A DNA stretch of 64,000 bases from contig MGPQ01000002.1 in assembly GCA_001797465.1 (NCBI GenBank), positions 32,410 to 96,409 on the forward strand. Direction: 5' to 3'. A model generated the notes under the pieces. That model ran no database searches. It had not been told where the DNA came from and was given only the letters and a program-made list of their open reading frames with translations. Below are positions 29,316-40,269 of the stretch, piece by piece. The translations under genes were made by a program, and so were the position numbers. The stretch comes from Deltaproteobacteria bacterium GWB2_55_19. Lineage in GTDB: Bacteria > Desulfobacterota > GWC2-55-46. Position 1 is the stretch's first letter. Every line of letters begins with the position of its first letter.

Positions 29316-31001
29316 TTGGAGACTGATATCACGACAGGCGCGCCTCATCCGTCTTTGAAGCTCATACCGCTCGGCGGGCTCGGTGAGATAGGGCTCAACA
29401 TGATGCTCGTCGAGTACGACGACACGATAGTCGTCGTCGACTGCGGGCTCATGTTCCCGGAGGATTACATGCTCGGGATCGACCTCGTCATCCCGGACAT
29501 CTCTTACTTGAGGAGGAACCGCGACAAGGTAAAGGCGTTCGTCATAACCCACGGCCACGAAGACCACACCGGGGCCCTGCCCTTCGTCCTCAGGGAGATC
29601 AACGCGCCGATCTACGCCACCGCCCTGACGATCGGGCTGATAGAGGAAAAACTCTCCGAGTTCGGCCTGCTCGGCTCCACCACATTCGAAACCGTCAGGC
29701 CCCGCGACGTCGTCTCCATCGGCCCCTTCGACATAGAGTTCATCCGGGTCTCGCACTCGATCGTCGACGGTTGCGGGCTTGCGATAAGGACGCCCTTGGG
29801 CGTCGTCGTCCACACCGGGGACTTCAAGATGGACCAGACCCCGGTGGACGGAGAGGTCATGGACTACGCGCGGTTCGCCGAGTACGGAGAGGCCGGCGTC
29901 CTCTGCTTCATGTCGGACTCGACGAACGTCGAAAAAGAAGGCTACACCTTATCTGAAAAAGAGATAGGCTACAACCTCGAGGAGATATTCAGGAAGTGCG
30001 AGGGCAGGATAATAGTCGCCGCCTTCTCCTCCAACATCCACAGGATACAGCAGGTGATAGACGCCGCGGCCAAGCACGGCAAAAAGGTCGCCCTGAACGG
30101 GAAATCGATGGCCGCCAACTACAGGATCGCGCACACGCTCGGGTACCTGAAGGCCCCGGACGGCATCGTCGTGGACTTGAAAGAGATAGACGCCCTCCCG
30201 CACGACAAGGTCGTGCTCTTGACAACCGGTTCGCAGGGCGAGCCGATGAGCGCGCTGACGCGCATGGCGATGGACAGCCACAAACAGTTGAAGGTCGAGA
30301 AGGGCGACACCGTAATACTCTCCTCCAAGTTCATCCCCGGCCACGAGAAGGCGATATCGTCGATGATGAACCACCTTTACAGGAGGGGCGCGGACGTCAT
30401 CTACGAGAAGGTTTCAGAGATACACGTCTCCGGGCACGCGTCCAAGGAAGAGCTGAAAATCATGCTGAACATCGTAAAGCCCCGGCACTTCATGCCCGTG
30501 CACGGCGAGTACAGGCACCTCGTCCTCCACACGAGGCTGGCGGCAAAGGTCGGCATACCGCCCGCGAACATCATACTCGCCGAGGACGGCGACGTAGTCG
30601 AGTTCACGGAAAACGGGTTCTCGATAAGGGACAAGGTCGAGCACGGCAGGGTCTTCGTCGACGGCAAAGGGGTGGGAGACGTCGGCGCGATGGTTCTTAA
30701 GGACAGGTCGCACCTTTCGCAGGACGGGCTCGTACTCGCCATCATCGCTTTGGATTCGACAACAGGCGAAACGGTCTACGGCCCCGAGATAATGACAAAG
30801 GGGCTCGTATTCGAAGAGGAAAGCGCCGCGCTCCTCGAAGGGGCGAAATCGGTAGTGATAGAGACGCTGAACGCTTCGAACGTCGAAGTGAGGACCGAAC
30901 AGCTTGAGGTGAAGGAGGAGATACGGCGGGCCCTCAGGAGGTTTTTCAACAAGAAGCTCGAAAGAAGGCCGGTCATACTCCCGATAATAATCGAGATATA
31001 G
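29316..31001 (+). CDS. rnj: Ribonuclease J
   Basis: Metallo-beta-lactamase HGHEDH motif, beta-CASP and C-terminal domains; 561 aa. Confidence 0.9.
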   Translation: METDITTGAPHPSLKLIPLGGLGEIGLNMMLVEYDDTIVVVDCGLMFPEDYMLGIDLVIPDISYLRRNRDKVKAFVITHGHEDHTGALPFVLREINAPIYATALTIGLIEEKLSEFGLLGSTTFETVRPRDVVSIGPFDIEFIRVSHSIVDGCGLAIRTPLGVVVHTGDFKMDQTPVDGEVMDYARFAEYGEAGVLCFMSDSTNVEKEGYTLSEKEIGYNLEEIFRKCEGRIIVAAFSSNIHRIQQVIDAAAKHGKKVALNGKSMAANYRIAHTLGYLKAPDGIVVDLKEIDALPHDKVVLLTTGSQGEPMSALTRMAMDSHKQLKVEKGDTVILSSKFIPGHEKAISSMMNHLYRRGADVIYEKVSEIHVSGHASKEELKIMLNIVKPRHFMPVHGEYRHLVLHTRLAAKVGIPPANIILAEDGDVVEFTENGFSIRDKVEHGRVFVDGKGVGDVGAMVLKDRSHLSQDGLVLAIIALDSTTGETVYGPEIMTKGLVFEEESAALLEGAKSVVIETLNASNVEVRTEQLEVKEEIRRALRRFFNKKLERRPVILPIIIEI

Positions 31002-31104
31002 TGTAGGATGCGATAAATGTCTTTATACTGCGTTGCGCTCCTCGGAAAATCCTCGACGTACGCGACAAGTACGCCTGCGGTTTTCCTCGTCGCGCGCCTT
31101 GTCT

Positions 31105-31560
31105 AAAGTCATTTCTTGCGTCCGAAGGGTTGCATCCGGCTACCGTCTAAAAAACAAACATGCCGTATTGCGGCGGGTCAATCCCAACTTGAACCCGCAG
31201 GGTTTTTAGTCCTGTTTTACCAATACACAGGCGCAGGGCGGAAAACGCATAAGGGAAGAAGAGGCGCGCGAGCGGATGGGGGAGGAAGAAAGCGTTAGGA
31301 GCCCCTGCGGATAAGCGCGCGGAGCGCGCAAAAAGACCTTGGGCAAAAATGTCTTCTCCCCTTCTTACCAAGGAGGGGCGGGGGGAGGTCGTCTTGAAAT
31401 CACCCCTCCCTGCCTCCCCTTGTAAAAAGGGGAGGAGATTTACTCCAGCGCAAAAAGGCCTTGGGCAAAATGTTCAAATAGCCCGTACAAAACGCATCTC
31501 GGGTTACGAATTAACGGGCTCAGGCTACAAACCTGAACCCGCCATCGGCAAGTGTGATAT
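31105..31560. repeat. Copy 2 of the mosaic intergenic repeat family (Z module plus hairpin modules plus X-like hairpin)
   Basis: ttttaccaatacacaggcgcagggcggaaaacgcataagggaag... is identical to 47707-47750 and reverse-complemented at 37425-37455. Terminal gggttacgaa...ctgaacccgc hairpin. Confidence 0.7.
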
Positions 31561-31601
31561 AGTCATCTTTAAAATACCCAAAAATATATAAAGACCCTTC
31601 C

Positions 31602-32714
31602 ATGTCAAACCTTAAATCAAAAGTCTTCTTCGCGGACCTGCGCGCGGGCTCCAGACGGAACCTCTTCGATAAGATTGGCGAGATCCTCGCCCTCGCCGGC
31701 GCGAAGACGCGCTTCAGGAAGGGGCACCTCGTCGCCGTCAAACTCCACTTCGGCGAGAAGGGCAACTCTTCCTACATAAGGCCTGTCTTCGTCAGAAAAG
31801 CCGTGGACGCGATAAAGGAGACCGGTGCGCTCCCCTTTTTAACCGACACTAACACCCTCTATGTCGGCACGCGCGGGAATACCGTCACGCACCTTAAGAC
31901 CGCCATCGAGAACGGCTTCGCGTATCCGGTAGTCGGCGCGCCGCTCGTCATCGCCGACGGCCTCCGCGGAGAACTCGCAACCGACGTCAGGGTCGACGGA
32001 AAATTCTTTGAGAGCGTAAAAATAGCCTCGATGATAGCGGGGGCGAACGGGCTCCTTGCGCTCACCCACTTCAAGTGCCACGAGATGACCGGGTTCGGAG
32101 GGGCGCTAAAGAACATCGGGATGGGGTGCGCGAGCCGTGAGGGCAAGCTCGCCCAGCACTCGAACCTCGCGCCAATCGTAGACCCGGCGGGGTGCACCGC
32201 CTGCGGGGAATGTTCGCTTGCGTGCCCCGTTAACGCCATAGACATCGGGAGCGTCGCCGTCATAAACGCGAGCTCCTGCATCGGGTGCGGCCACTGCATA
32301 GCGGCGTGCCCCGAGGGGACGATAAACATCCAGTGGGACGAGACCGCCTCCAACCTCCAGGGGAAGATGGCGGAGTACGCTAAAGGGGCGCTCGCCGGCA
32401 AGGATGGCAGAACCCTCTTCGTCAACTTCGTAACGGACGTCTCGCCCGCGTGCGACTGTTACGGACACAACGACGCGCCCATCGTGCCTGATATCGGAAT
32501 ACTCGCCTCAGCCGACCCCGTTGCCATCGACCAGGCATCGGCCGACCTCGTGAACGCCGAAGAGGGTATAAGGGACTCGGCGCTGAAGGCAGGCCATGAG
32601 CGCGGCGGCGACAAGTTCAGGGGCGTCCACCCTGCCGTGGACTGGGAGGTCCAGCTGGACGCGGCGGCGTCCCTCGGGCTCGGCAAAAGGCTCTATGAGA
32701 TCGAAAAAATATGA
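31602..32714 (+). CDS. DUF362 domain iron-sulfur protein with 2x[4Fe-4S] ferredoxin motif
   Basis: CTACGECSLACP and CIGCGHCIAACP motifs embedded in a DUF362-like scaffold; 370 aa. Confidence 0.6.
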   Translation: MSNLKSKVFFADLRAGSRRNLFDKIGEILALAGAKTRFRKGHLVAVKLHFGEKGNSSYIRPVFVRKAVDAIKETGALPFLTDTNTLYVGTRGNTVTHLKTAIENGFAYPVVGAPLVIADGLRGELATDVRVDGKFFESVKIASMIAGANGLLALTHFKCHEMTGFGGALKNIGMGCASREGKLAQHSNLAPIVDPAGCTACGECSLACPVNAIDIGSVAVINASSCIGCGHCIAACPEGTINIQWDETASNLQGKMAEYAKGALAGKDGRTLFVNFVTDVSPACDCYGHNDAPIVPDIGILASADPVAIDQASADLVNAEEGIRDSALKAGHERGGDKFRGVHPAVDWEVQLDAAASLGLGKRLYEIEKI

Positions 32715-32757
32715 TATCATCAAGGCGGCTTCTCCGAGCCTTTAAAGGGGTTTTAAA

Positions 32758-34626
32758 ATGGCGGTAAAGAAGATAGGAGAGCTCCTCGTCGAATCAGGCC
32801 TCATCTCCGGCGAACAGCTCGAGGAGGCGCTTAAGGAATCCTGGGCCGGCACGGGTCTCAGGCTTGGCGCCATCATAGTGAAGAGGGGATTCGCGAGCGA
32901 GGTCGATATCGCTCAGACCCTCTCCTTTCAGCTTAACATCCCGTTCGTCGACATCAGTTCGGCCACCGTAGACCCGGAGGCGATAAAGCTCGTCTCCGAA
33001 AAACTTGCCAAAAAGTACATCCTCGTGCCTCTCTATCAGGACAGGAAGGTACTCAGGGTGGCGATGACCGACCCGCTTAACCTAAGCGCCATAGACGACG
33101 TCCGGTTTTCAACAGGGCTCGACGTCCAGCCGTGCGTGGCGTCCCTCTCTGACGTAACGGGCGCCATCTCTCGCTACTACCACCTGAACGAGCCGATAGA
33201 AGACCTCATAGGGGACCTTAAGAAGGACAAGCTCGTCGAGGTGATACACGAGCCCGACGCCAGCCGCGACATCTCCGACCAGGTGAAGAAATCCTCGGCC
33301 CCGCCGATCATAAAGATGGTGGATTCCATCATCATCCACGGCTCTGGCAACCGCGCGAGCGACATACACATAGAGCCGCATGAAAAAGGCGTAAGGCTCC
33401 GGATACGCGTCGACGGCCTCATGAGGGAAACGATGCAGCTCCCGAAGTGGGTGCAGGGCCCTGTCACATCCCGCATAAAGCTCATGGCCAGCATGGACAT
33501 CGCCGAGCGCAGGGTCTCGCAGGACGGGCGGATAAAGGTCCGGCTCGGCGACAGGAGCCTCGATATGCGCGTCTCTACACTGCCGACCCAGTACGGCGAG
33601 ACCGTAGTCATGAGGCTCCTCGACCCGAAGGCCGAGGTCCACGACCTCGGGAGCGTCGGGTTCCTGAAGGACGACCTCAACCGCGTAAAGGACCTTATCG
33701 AGCGCCCGCAGGGCGTCGTGCTCGTCACCGGCCCCACGGGCTCCGGCAAGACCTCGACGCTCTACGCGATGATAGGCCACATAAAGAAAGAGCAGATAAA
33801 CATCATCACCATCGAGGACCCGATAGAGTACGAACTCAAGGACGTGAACCAGGTCGCCGTAAACGAGAAGACCGGGCTTACCTTCTCGTACACCTTAAGG
33901 TCCGTCCTCAGGCAGGACCCGGACGTGATACTCATAGGGGAGATGAGGGACGCCGAGACCGCGATAATCGCCCACCAGGCCTCTCTCACCGGGCACCTCG
34001 TCTTCTCCACCCTCCACACGAACGACGCGATATCTTCCGTCATAAGGCTCCGGAACATGGGGATACCGTCATACATGATAGCCTCGGCGCTTAACGGCAT
34101 AGTGGCGCAGAGGCTTGTGCGCACCATCTGCCTGAACTGCAAGGAGGAGTACACGCCGGGCTCCGCGGAGATAAAGCGCTCAGGGCTCAAGTGGTCCGGC
34201 AGGAAGCTTTACCGGGGCGCGGGGTGCGCTTCCTGCAACGGGTCCGGCTACTCAGGGAGGGTCGGGGTCTTCGAGGTCCTGCCGGTTAACGCCGCCATAC
34301 GCGCGCTCATAGCGTCGGACGCCCCCGAGCAGGAGATCATGTCCGCCGCCATGAAGGCCGGGATGACGCCTTTGCACCTCGACGGCCTTAGAAAGGTCGC
34401 GGCAGGGATAACGACACTCGAAGAGCTCACGCGCGTAATATACCTCTCCAGGCCGGAGGAGGAGCCCGGAGGGGTCTGCACCTCGTGCATGAAGCCCGTC
34501 CCCCCCGGCACAGAGGCCTGCCCCCACTGCGGCAACCTCACAAAAAAGACCTGCGATTCATGCGGAAAGAACCGGGAGCCGGACTGGATAGCCTGCCCGT
34601 ACTGCGGGGCACGCTTCGGCCGTTAG
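32758..34626 (+). CDS. GspE/PilB-family secretion ATPase with T2SSE_N domain and C-terminal double zinc-ribbon extension
   Basis: N-terminal GspE_N (LISGEQLEEALK...). Walker A GPTGSGKT; Asp/His boxes; tetracysteine CLNCK...CASCNGSG; extra tail CTSCM...CPHCG...CDSCG...CPYCG. Confidence 0.8.
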   Translation: MAVKKIGELLVESGLISGEQLEEALKESWAGTGLRLGAIIVKRGFASEVDIAQTLSFQLNIPFVDISSATVDPEAIKLVSEKLAKKYILVPLYQDRKVLRVAMTDPLNLSAIDDVRFSTGLDVQPCVASLSDVTGAISRYYHLNEPIEDLIGDLKKDKLVEVIHEPDASRDISDQVKKSSAPPIIKMVDSIIIHGSGNRASDIHIEPHEKGVRLRIRVDGLMRETMQLPKWVQGPVTSRIKLMASMDIAERRVSQDGRIKVRLGDRSLDMRVSTLPTQYGETVVMRLLDPKAEVHDLGSVGFLKDDLNRVKDLIERPQGVVLVTGPTGSGKTSTLYAMIGHIKKEQINIITIEDPIEYELKDVNQVAVNEKTGLTFSYTLRSVLRQDPDVILIGEMRDAETAIIAHQASLTGHLVFSTLHTNDAISSVIRLRNMGIPSYMIASALNGIVAQRLVRTICLNCKEEYTPGSAEIKRSGLKWSGRKLYRGAGCASCNGSGYSGRVGVFEVLPVNAAIRALIASDAPEQEIMSAAMKAGMTPLHLDGLRKVAAGITTLEELTRVIYLSRPEEEPGGVCTSCMKPVPPGTEACPHCGNLTKKTCDSCGKNREPDWIACPYCGARFGR

Positions 34627-34759
34627 GGACGACCCGCCTGCCCGTCCGGCCTTCTCCATCCCGCCTTAGAAAACTTGCCAGAACCGCCTTTTTCGTGCTA
34701 ATATTTACCTTCCTCAAAAAAAATCGGCCGTCGGCGCCTTTCGGGCCGCAATTGTCCAG

Positions 34760-35338
34760 ATGATCGGTAAGCTCATTAAGATAACCCTTGCGGCCCTGGT
34801 GCTCTTCTTCGCCTCGGATACGCTCGCAGGCAACAACATGGACCCTGCCCCGGCGGACTGGCCGAGCTTCGATTACAAAAGGGAGCCCGGCCAGTTCAAG
34901 AGGAGGCAGAACGGGATGATAGACCCCACGCCCGACGTAGTCTCTCTTAAGTTCCTCCCCAAGGACAACTACGGGTTCGTCGATTGGACCAAGTCCATAA
35001 GGGACGGGCTCATAAAGCCCAGGGACTCCATCCTCGACAGCCAGGGGCCGCCTCCTGAAACCAGCGAGCCCGCCCCTGACGTCGTCATAAAATCCAAGCT
35101 CGACTTCATGCCGGACGTGCTCTTCCCGCATTCGGCGCACACGGTCTGGCTCAAATGCTCCGTCTGCCACCCGAAGATATTCAAAAAAAAGGCGGGGGCG
35201 ACGCCTATCACCATGACGGGGATATGGAAAGGGCAGTTCTGCGGCAGGTGCCACGACAGGGTGGCCTTCCCTACCAGGAACTGCTTCAAATGCCACTCGG
35301 TCCCGAGGCAGACTACCGAAAAAAGCACAGCCCCTTGA
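34760..35338 (+). CDS. Periplasmic triheme c-type cytochrome (c3/c7-like)
   Basis: Signal peptide plus three CxxCH motifs (CSVCH, CGRCH, CFKCH) within about 90 aa. Confidence 0.7.
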   Translation: MIGKLIKITLAALVLFFASDTLAGNNMDPAPADWPSFDYKREPGQFKRRQNGMIDPTPDVVSLKFLPKDNYGFVDWTKSIRDGLIKPRDSILDSQGPPPETSEPAPDVVIKSKLDFMPDVLFPHSAHTVWLKCSVCHPKIFKKKAGATPITMTGIWKGQFCGRCHDRVAFPTRNCFKCHSVPRQTTEKSTAP

Positions 35339-35358
35339 AAAAGGGGCTTTTTATTTTC
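35329..35358 (+). terminator. Rho-independent terminator after the cytochrome c gene
   Basis: agccccttgaaaaaggggct followed by TTTTATTTTC. Confidence 0.65.
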
Positions 35359-35411
35359 AAGACAGTCGGACGCGGACAGGGTCCGCCTTAACCGACCTTG
35401 CGGGGCCAGGG

Positions 35412-36146
35412 ATGGATTACAGGGACTTTACTAAAAAAGAGCTCGCCGACCTCCTCGACATAATCCAGGCGTGCGTACAGAGCAGGTCTGAGGCGGACGT
35501 CATGCGGGTCGTCGCGAGGATAAAGAGGCTTTTGTCCGCCGACAACGCCGTCTGCGCGCTCGGGGACGCCTCCACCGGGAGGCTCTCAAAGATACTCAAC
35601 CTGGACTACCCCGACGAATGGGGCGGGATATACATCGGAGAGAGGCTCTACACGAAAGACCCGGTCATAAGGTTCAATTACAAGTTTTTCAAGACGCACC
35701 GCTGGTCCGAGGCGTTACATCTCTTCAACGGCAAAGACCAGACCGACCTCATGAACAGGGCGACGGACTTCGGTTTGAACTACGGCATCTCAAGCGGCGT
35801 CAACGGCGAGCGTTGCAGGGGCTCCATCTTCTCATTCTCGGCCAGGCAGGACAGGTTCGAAGGAAGGCACAAAGAGATACTCGACATGCTCACCCCCCAC
35901 GTTCACCAGGCGCTCATCCGGCCATCTGAGCGCGCTCCGGGGGACGACAAAGGGCTTTCGGCAAGGGAAAAAGAGGTCCTCGTCTGGATGAAAGAGGGCA
36001 AGACCAACTGGGAGATATCTTTGATACTCCGAATAAGCGAGCGGACGGTGAAGTTCCACGTCCAGAACATCGAGAGGAAGCTAAACGCGGTGAACAAGGC
36101 CCACGCGATAGCGATCGCCTTTGGCTCGGGACTGGTCTCGAATTGA
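35412..36146 (+). CDS. LuxR-family transcriptional regulator (N-terminal ligand-binding domain plus C-terminal HTH)
   Basis: C-terminal LSAREKEVLVWMKEGKTNWEISLILRISERTVKFHVQNI is a classic LuxR/FixJ HTH. Confidence 0.8.
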   Translation: MDYRDFTKKELADLLDIIQACVQSRSEADVMRVVARIKRLLSADNAVCALGDASTGRLSKILNLDYPDEWGGIYIGERLYTKDPVIRFNYKFFKTHRWSEALHLFNGKDQTDLMNRATDFGLNYGISSGVNGERCRGSIFSFSARQDRFEGRHKEILDMLTPHVHQALIRPSERAPGDDKGLSAREKEVLVWMKEGKTNWEISLILRISERTVKFHVQNIERKLNAVNKAHAIAIAFGSGLVSN

Positions 36147-36470
36147 CGTTCACCTGGCCCGGCATGGCGGACGGCCGCCATGCCCGCTCCGCCATTCACC
36201 CGGGGCCTTGCCCGTATTTTATTCACGACATATGGAAATAGTCGATGCGGCGTCCCTGCAACGCTTGATAAAACGCCCTGCATGAATCTACTATGGAGAC
36301 ATGAGGGCCGGACAATAAACCCGCCATTAAGTAATATAAAAGATTTCGCCTGTACCTTGGTACAGGCGAAAAAGACATTTGAAATTATTATAATCCCCTG
36401 ACACTTTGACAACAGCGGCAAGGTCAGCCCATGAACCAGGCGCAAGCCTGACCTTGCCGCGAGACCATCA

Positions 36471-37205
36471 ATGATAAAGCCATCCACGGCTGAAAAGACA
36501 GAGGCGGACAAAGAGCGCAAGAAGAGGCTCAAGGAGCGTTTCAAGGCCGGCTCGCTTGACTCCTTCCACAACCTCGAGATACTCGAGCTCCTCCTTGCGT
36601 ACGCCGTCCCCGGAAAAGACATAAAGGCGCTTGCCGCGGCCCTCATCCAGCGGTTCAAATCGTTCAGGGCGGTATTCGACGCCTCGCAGGAAGACCTCAG
36701 GACCGTCCCAGGCATGGGCGAGAGCGCCGCGCTCCTCATAAGGCTCGTAAAGGACATGGCCGGGGTGTATCTGAGGGAGCGGCTCTCGGGCAAGGACCTC
36801 ATCAGGAACCCCAAGGACGTCCTCGATTACCTGAACCTGACGCTCTCAGGCGAGCGGGTCGAGAAGTTTCTGGCCATCTATCTCAATTCAAGGAACGAGC
36901 TCCTCGCCATAGAGACCCTCCATGAAGGGACGATAAACCAGACGGTGGTCTACCCGAGGAAGGCGATAGAAAAGGCGTTCAAGCACAACGCGAAGGCCGT
37001 CATCTTCGTCCACAACCACCCGAGCGGGGACTCCACCCCGTCCGGCGTCGACCGCCAGCTAACAAAGACGCTCGACAGGGCCGCGCTCGCGGTCGATATC
37101 ATCGTCCACGACCACATCATCATCGGCAAATCAAACCACTTCAGCGCCCGCGAGAACGGCTGGATAATCGGCGGGCCGACCCCCTTGCACATCGTCGGCA
37201 ATTAG
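36471..37205 (+). CDS. radC: RadC-like JAB-domain protein (UPF0758)
   Basis: JAMM motif HNHPSGDSTPSGVD, N-terminal HhH-like region. Confidence 0.8.
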   Translation: MIKPSTAEKTEADKERKKRLKERFKAGSLDSFHNLEILELLLAYAVPGKDIKALAAALIQRFKSFRAVFDASQEDLRTVPGMGESAALLIRLVKDMAGVYLRERLSGKDLIRNPKDVLDYLNLTLSGERVEKFLAIYLNSRNELLAIETLHEGTINQTVVYPRKAIEKAFKHNAKAVIFVHNHPSGDSTPSGVDRQLTKTLDRAALAVDIIVHDHIIIGKSNHFSARENGWIIGGPTPLHIVGN

Positions 37206-37214
37206 GCGGGAGAG

Positions 37215-37745
37215 TCTTTTACCCGCTCTCACATGAACTCAAATATACGCTTGTATGGGCTGGTTCGGATCTTCCGCCTAAGGCCCATTTGCGCGCTCCG
37301 CGCGCTTTTCGCGCAGGGGCTCCTAACGCTTTCTTCCTCCCCCATCCGCTCGCTCGCCCCTTAGAGCGCTACGCGTCTAATCCACCCCGGCTCGCTCGCC
37401 TCCTCCTCCCTTGGGCGCTCTCCGCCCTGCGCCTGTGTATTGGTAAAGACTGAACGAAAAATAAATCTTTTTTGTTTTTCAAAAATCCCCAGGCATGGGG
37501 TGAGCGACCTTAAGGAAGGAAGCAGTGTGAGCGAGCCGGGGAAGTAAAAAGGCGCGACAGCGCCCTAAGGGGCGAGCGAATGGGAGGGAGAGGGCGACGG
37601 GAGCGAATCCCCATGCCTAAAAAAAAGCCCGGCATGGCGCAAAAGGCTTTTAACAGAAAATTGGAATTGCCCATCAGGCATATATCTGGTCACGAATCAA
37701 AAGGTTCAGGTCGCAGACCTGAACCCGCAAAAGTTCAAAACCTGC
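37215..37745. repeat. Copy 3 of the mosaic repeat family (reverse orientation relative to copy 4; ends with the X hairpin)
   Basis: 37300-37455 is rc(Z); 37480-37620 is rc(Y) of 47560-47700; 37640-37737 X module ggttcaggtcgcagacctgaacc is reverse-complemented at 47430-47505. Confidence 0.7.
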
Positions 37746-37756
37746 GTAACCAAACT

Positions 37757-39970
37757 CTACCTGCCCTCCCTCCTCTCCGCGAGCGCCGTCTTAACCGTCT
37801 TTAAGAGGCCGCCGATGGAATAGGGCTTTTGCAGAAAGGCATACCCCTTCTCGACCAATACCGGCCACTGGGTCTTCATGTCGATAAAGCCGCCCGTAAG
37901 GACGACCGCCGTCTTCGGGTTCCTCGCCACTGCGTATTCCGCAAGGTCGAACCCGGTCCTGTCGGGGAGCGCCATGTCGGAGATGACAAGGTCGAAGACT
38001 CCGCCGTTCTCGAAGATGTCGGCCGCGTCCTTTACAATCGATGCCTCTGCAACAGCGTAGCCATGCTCCTGGAGGGCCGTTTTGGCAAAGTCTCTCGCCT
38101 TAAAGTCGTCCTCGACGAGCAAAACCCGCTCCCCTTTCCCGTCGAGGACGCCGCCTCCGCGGTCCGGCTCCAGCCGCCTGTCCCCGATAAGCGCAGGCAT
38201 ATAGACGAGGAACGTAGTCCCCTTTCCCGGCGCGCTCTCAACGGATATCCAGCCCCCGTGCTGTCTCACTATCCCGTATACGACGGCGAGCCCGAAGCCG
38301 GTCCCTTTGCCGGGCTCCTTGGTCGTGAAGAAGGGCTCGAATATGCGCTCGGCAACCTCCTTTTCCATGCCGACCCCGGTGTCCCTTACCGTAATGCGGA
38401 CCATCTCCCCGGGTTTTGAGCCTGGCATGAGCATCGAATCCCCGGGAGAGACGACAACGCTCTCGGTCTTTATGAAGAGACCCCCGCCCCCGGGCATGGC
38501 GTCGCGGGCGTTCACCGCGAGGTTCATAATCACCTGTTCGAGACTGCCCTCGTCCGCGTTGACGGGCCAGACGCCCGGCTCGAGCTCGGTTCTGACGGAG
38601 ACCTCGTCTCCTATGAGCCTCGTTATTATTATGAGGAGGTCCTCTATGACCTTGTTCACGTCCAGGAGGACGAGCTCGAAGGGGTGGTTGCGGCTGAAGA
38701 GCAGGAGCTGTTTCGTGAGCTTTGAGGCGAGCATCACCGAGAGTATGATGCCGTCGAGCCTGTGATAGAGCGGCCCGGACCTCTCCGCGTCCTCAAGGGC
38801 GAGCTCCGCGTTCCCCCTTATGGCCGTAAGGACGTTGTTGAAGTCGTGGGCTATGCCGCCGGCGAACCTCCCTATCGCCTCCATCTTCTGGGCCTGGTTT
38901 ATCCGGGCCTGGAGCCTCTCCTTCTCCATCTCAGAGCGCTTCCTCTCGGTTATGTCCCTTATGGTCCCGGTGAAGTTTATCTCTCCGCCTATGGTGAAGC
39001 TGTTGACGACGAGCTCAATCGGGAATACCTCGCGGTTCTTGCGAAGCCCCTCGATCTCCACCACCTTCCCCTGTATCGTGCTTACCCCGGTATCGAGGAA
39101 CCACTTGACCCCCTCCTTGTGGCGTTGCCTGTACTGCTCCGGCATGAGCCTTACGAGCTCCATGCCTATGAGCTCGTCCCTCTGATACCCGAATATCGCT
39201 TCGGCTGACGGGTTGCAGTCGATTATCCTGTCCCCGGTGTCGGAGACTATCATCGCGTCGAAGGCGGTGTTGTGTATCTGCCTGTACCTGCGCTCGCTCT
39301 CCTTAAGGGTCCTCTCGGTCCTCTTCCTCTCGGTTATGTCCTCTCCGGAGCTCAATACCCCGGTTATCACGCCGCCTTCCCTTAAGATTATATTGTGCCA
39401 GAGTATCGTCCTCTCGTCTCCCGCCCTCGTCAGCACCGGGTTCTCGAAGTATCCCTCCAGTTCGGACCCCCCGCCAACGAGATTGTTGAAGACCGCCCTT
39501 ACCTCGCCCCTCATCCTCTCCGGCACGAAGCGGAACCAGTCCATGCCGATGAGTTCCCTCTCTGAGTAGCCGAGTATGCCGCACCCGCGCTTGTTCATGA
39601 GCTTTATCCTGCCCGCCCCGTCGAGGACGAGGACCATGACGCCGGCTATGTCGAGGTACTTCTGAAAATTGTCCCGCTCCTGCTTGAGCTCCCTTTCCGC
39701 CTGGCGCCTCATCCTGACCATCTCAAGGACAGGCCTGAAGAGAAAAAAGTAGAGAGAGGGGACAAGAACAATCATGAGGATGGCCGGGTCGAGTATGACG
39801 TTTAAGGGATAGGTGAGCCCGGCCGCGTAGATGACGACCATTACGAGCGCCTCGGCGAGGAATACCGAGGCCGCGGTTATGAGGATGATACGGAGCGGAG
39901 AACCGTTTTGGCGCAGTCTGTCCCATGGGCCGTCCGCTCCGGACTTCCGCCCCTTCCAATCGTCTGCCAT
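37757..39970 (-). CDS. PAS/PAC hybrid sensor histidine kinase with C-terminal receiver
   Basis: Two N-terminal TM helices, about 3 PAS domains, H-box AHDFNNVLT, HATPase G-boxes, C-terminal REC (VLLVEDDF...D). Confidence 0.85.
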   Translation of the reverse strand: MADDWKGRKSGADGPWDRLRQNGSPLRIILITAASVFLAEALVMVVIYAAGLTYPLNVILDPAILMIVLVPSLYFFLFRPVLEMVRMRRQAERELKQERDNFQKYLDIAGVMVLVLDGAGRIKLMNKRGCGILGYSERELIGMDWFRFVPERMRGEVRAVFNNLVGGGSELEGYFENPVLTRAGDERTILWHNIILREGGVITGVLSSGEDITERKRTERTLKESERRYRQIHNTAFDAMIVSDTGDRIIDCNPSAEAIFGYQRDELIGMELVRLMPEQYRQRHKEGVKWFLDTGVSTIQGKVVEIEGLRKNREVFPIELVVNSFTIGGEINFTGTIRDITERKRSEMEKERLQARINQAQKMEAIGRFAGGIAHDFNNVLTAIRGNAELALEDAERSGPLYHRLDGIILSVMLASKLTKQLLLFSRNHPFELVLLDVNKVIEDLLIIITRLIGDEVSVRTELEPGVWPVNADEGSLEQVIMNLAVNARDAMPGGGGLFIKTESVVVSPGDSMLMPGSKPGEMVRITVRDTGVGMEKEVAERIFEPFFTTKEPGKGTGFGLAVVYGIVRQHGGWISVESAPGKGTTFLVYMPALIGDRRLEPDRGGGVLDGKGERVLLVEDDFKARDFAKTALQEHGYAVAEASIVKDAADIFENGGVFDLVISDMALPDRTGFDLAEYAVARNPKTAVVLTGGFIDMKTQWPVLVEKGYAFLQKPYSIGGLLKTVKTALAERREGR

Positions 39971-40269
39971 AATAACCCCTGTGCGCCGGATTTGATAAAA
40001 CCCTTCCCTTGATTATACCGTAAAATGTTTTTTCAGGGCCGCGCCGTATGGAGGGCGGCCCGGCCAATGAACGGCTGGATTCTTGAGTTGCCGCCAAAGG
40101 CGGTTGAAGAAGGATGGCTCGTTACATCCGGGAAAGATGAAAGGGCAGGACTGAAAGACACGGGAAGAGGGGCGGCATAGGCGAAAGAAGGACGCGTTGC
40201 CGCGCCATTACACCAAAAAAAAGCGCGCCCCTCTTTCGAGGGGCGCGCCAGTCCCGGCCTCCATGAACC

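Noticed and set aside
29996-30700. 234-aa Arg-rich ORF inside rnj in another frame
   Set aside because: Internal alternative frame of a conserved gene; extreme Arg/Gly bias.
31116-31298. 60-aa ORF (and its 79-aa relative at 47640..47879, plus 31147..31371- and 47653..47871-) with similar peptide sequences
   Set aside because: They lie entirely within copies of the intergenic repeat family. The peptide similarity is a by-product of DNA repetition. They are Arg/Gly-rich with no RBS.
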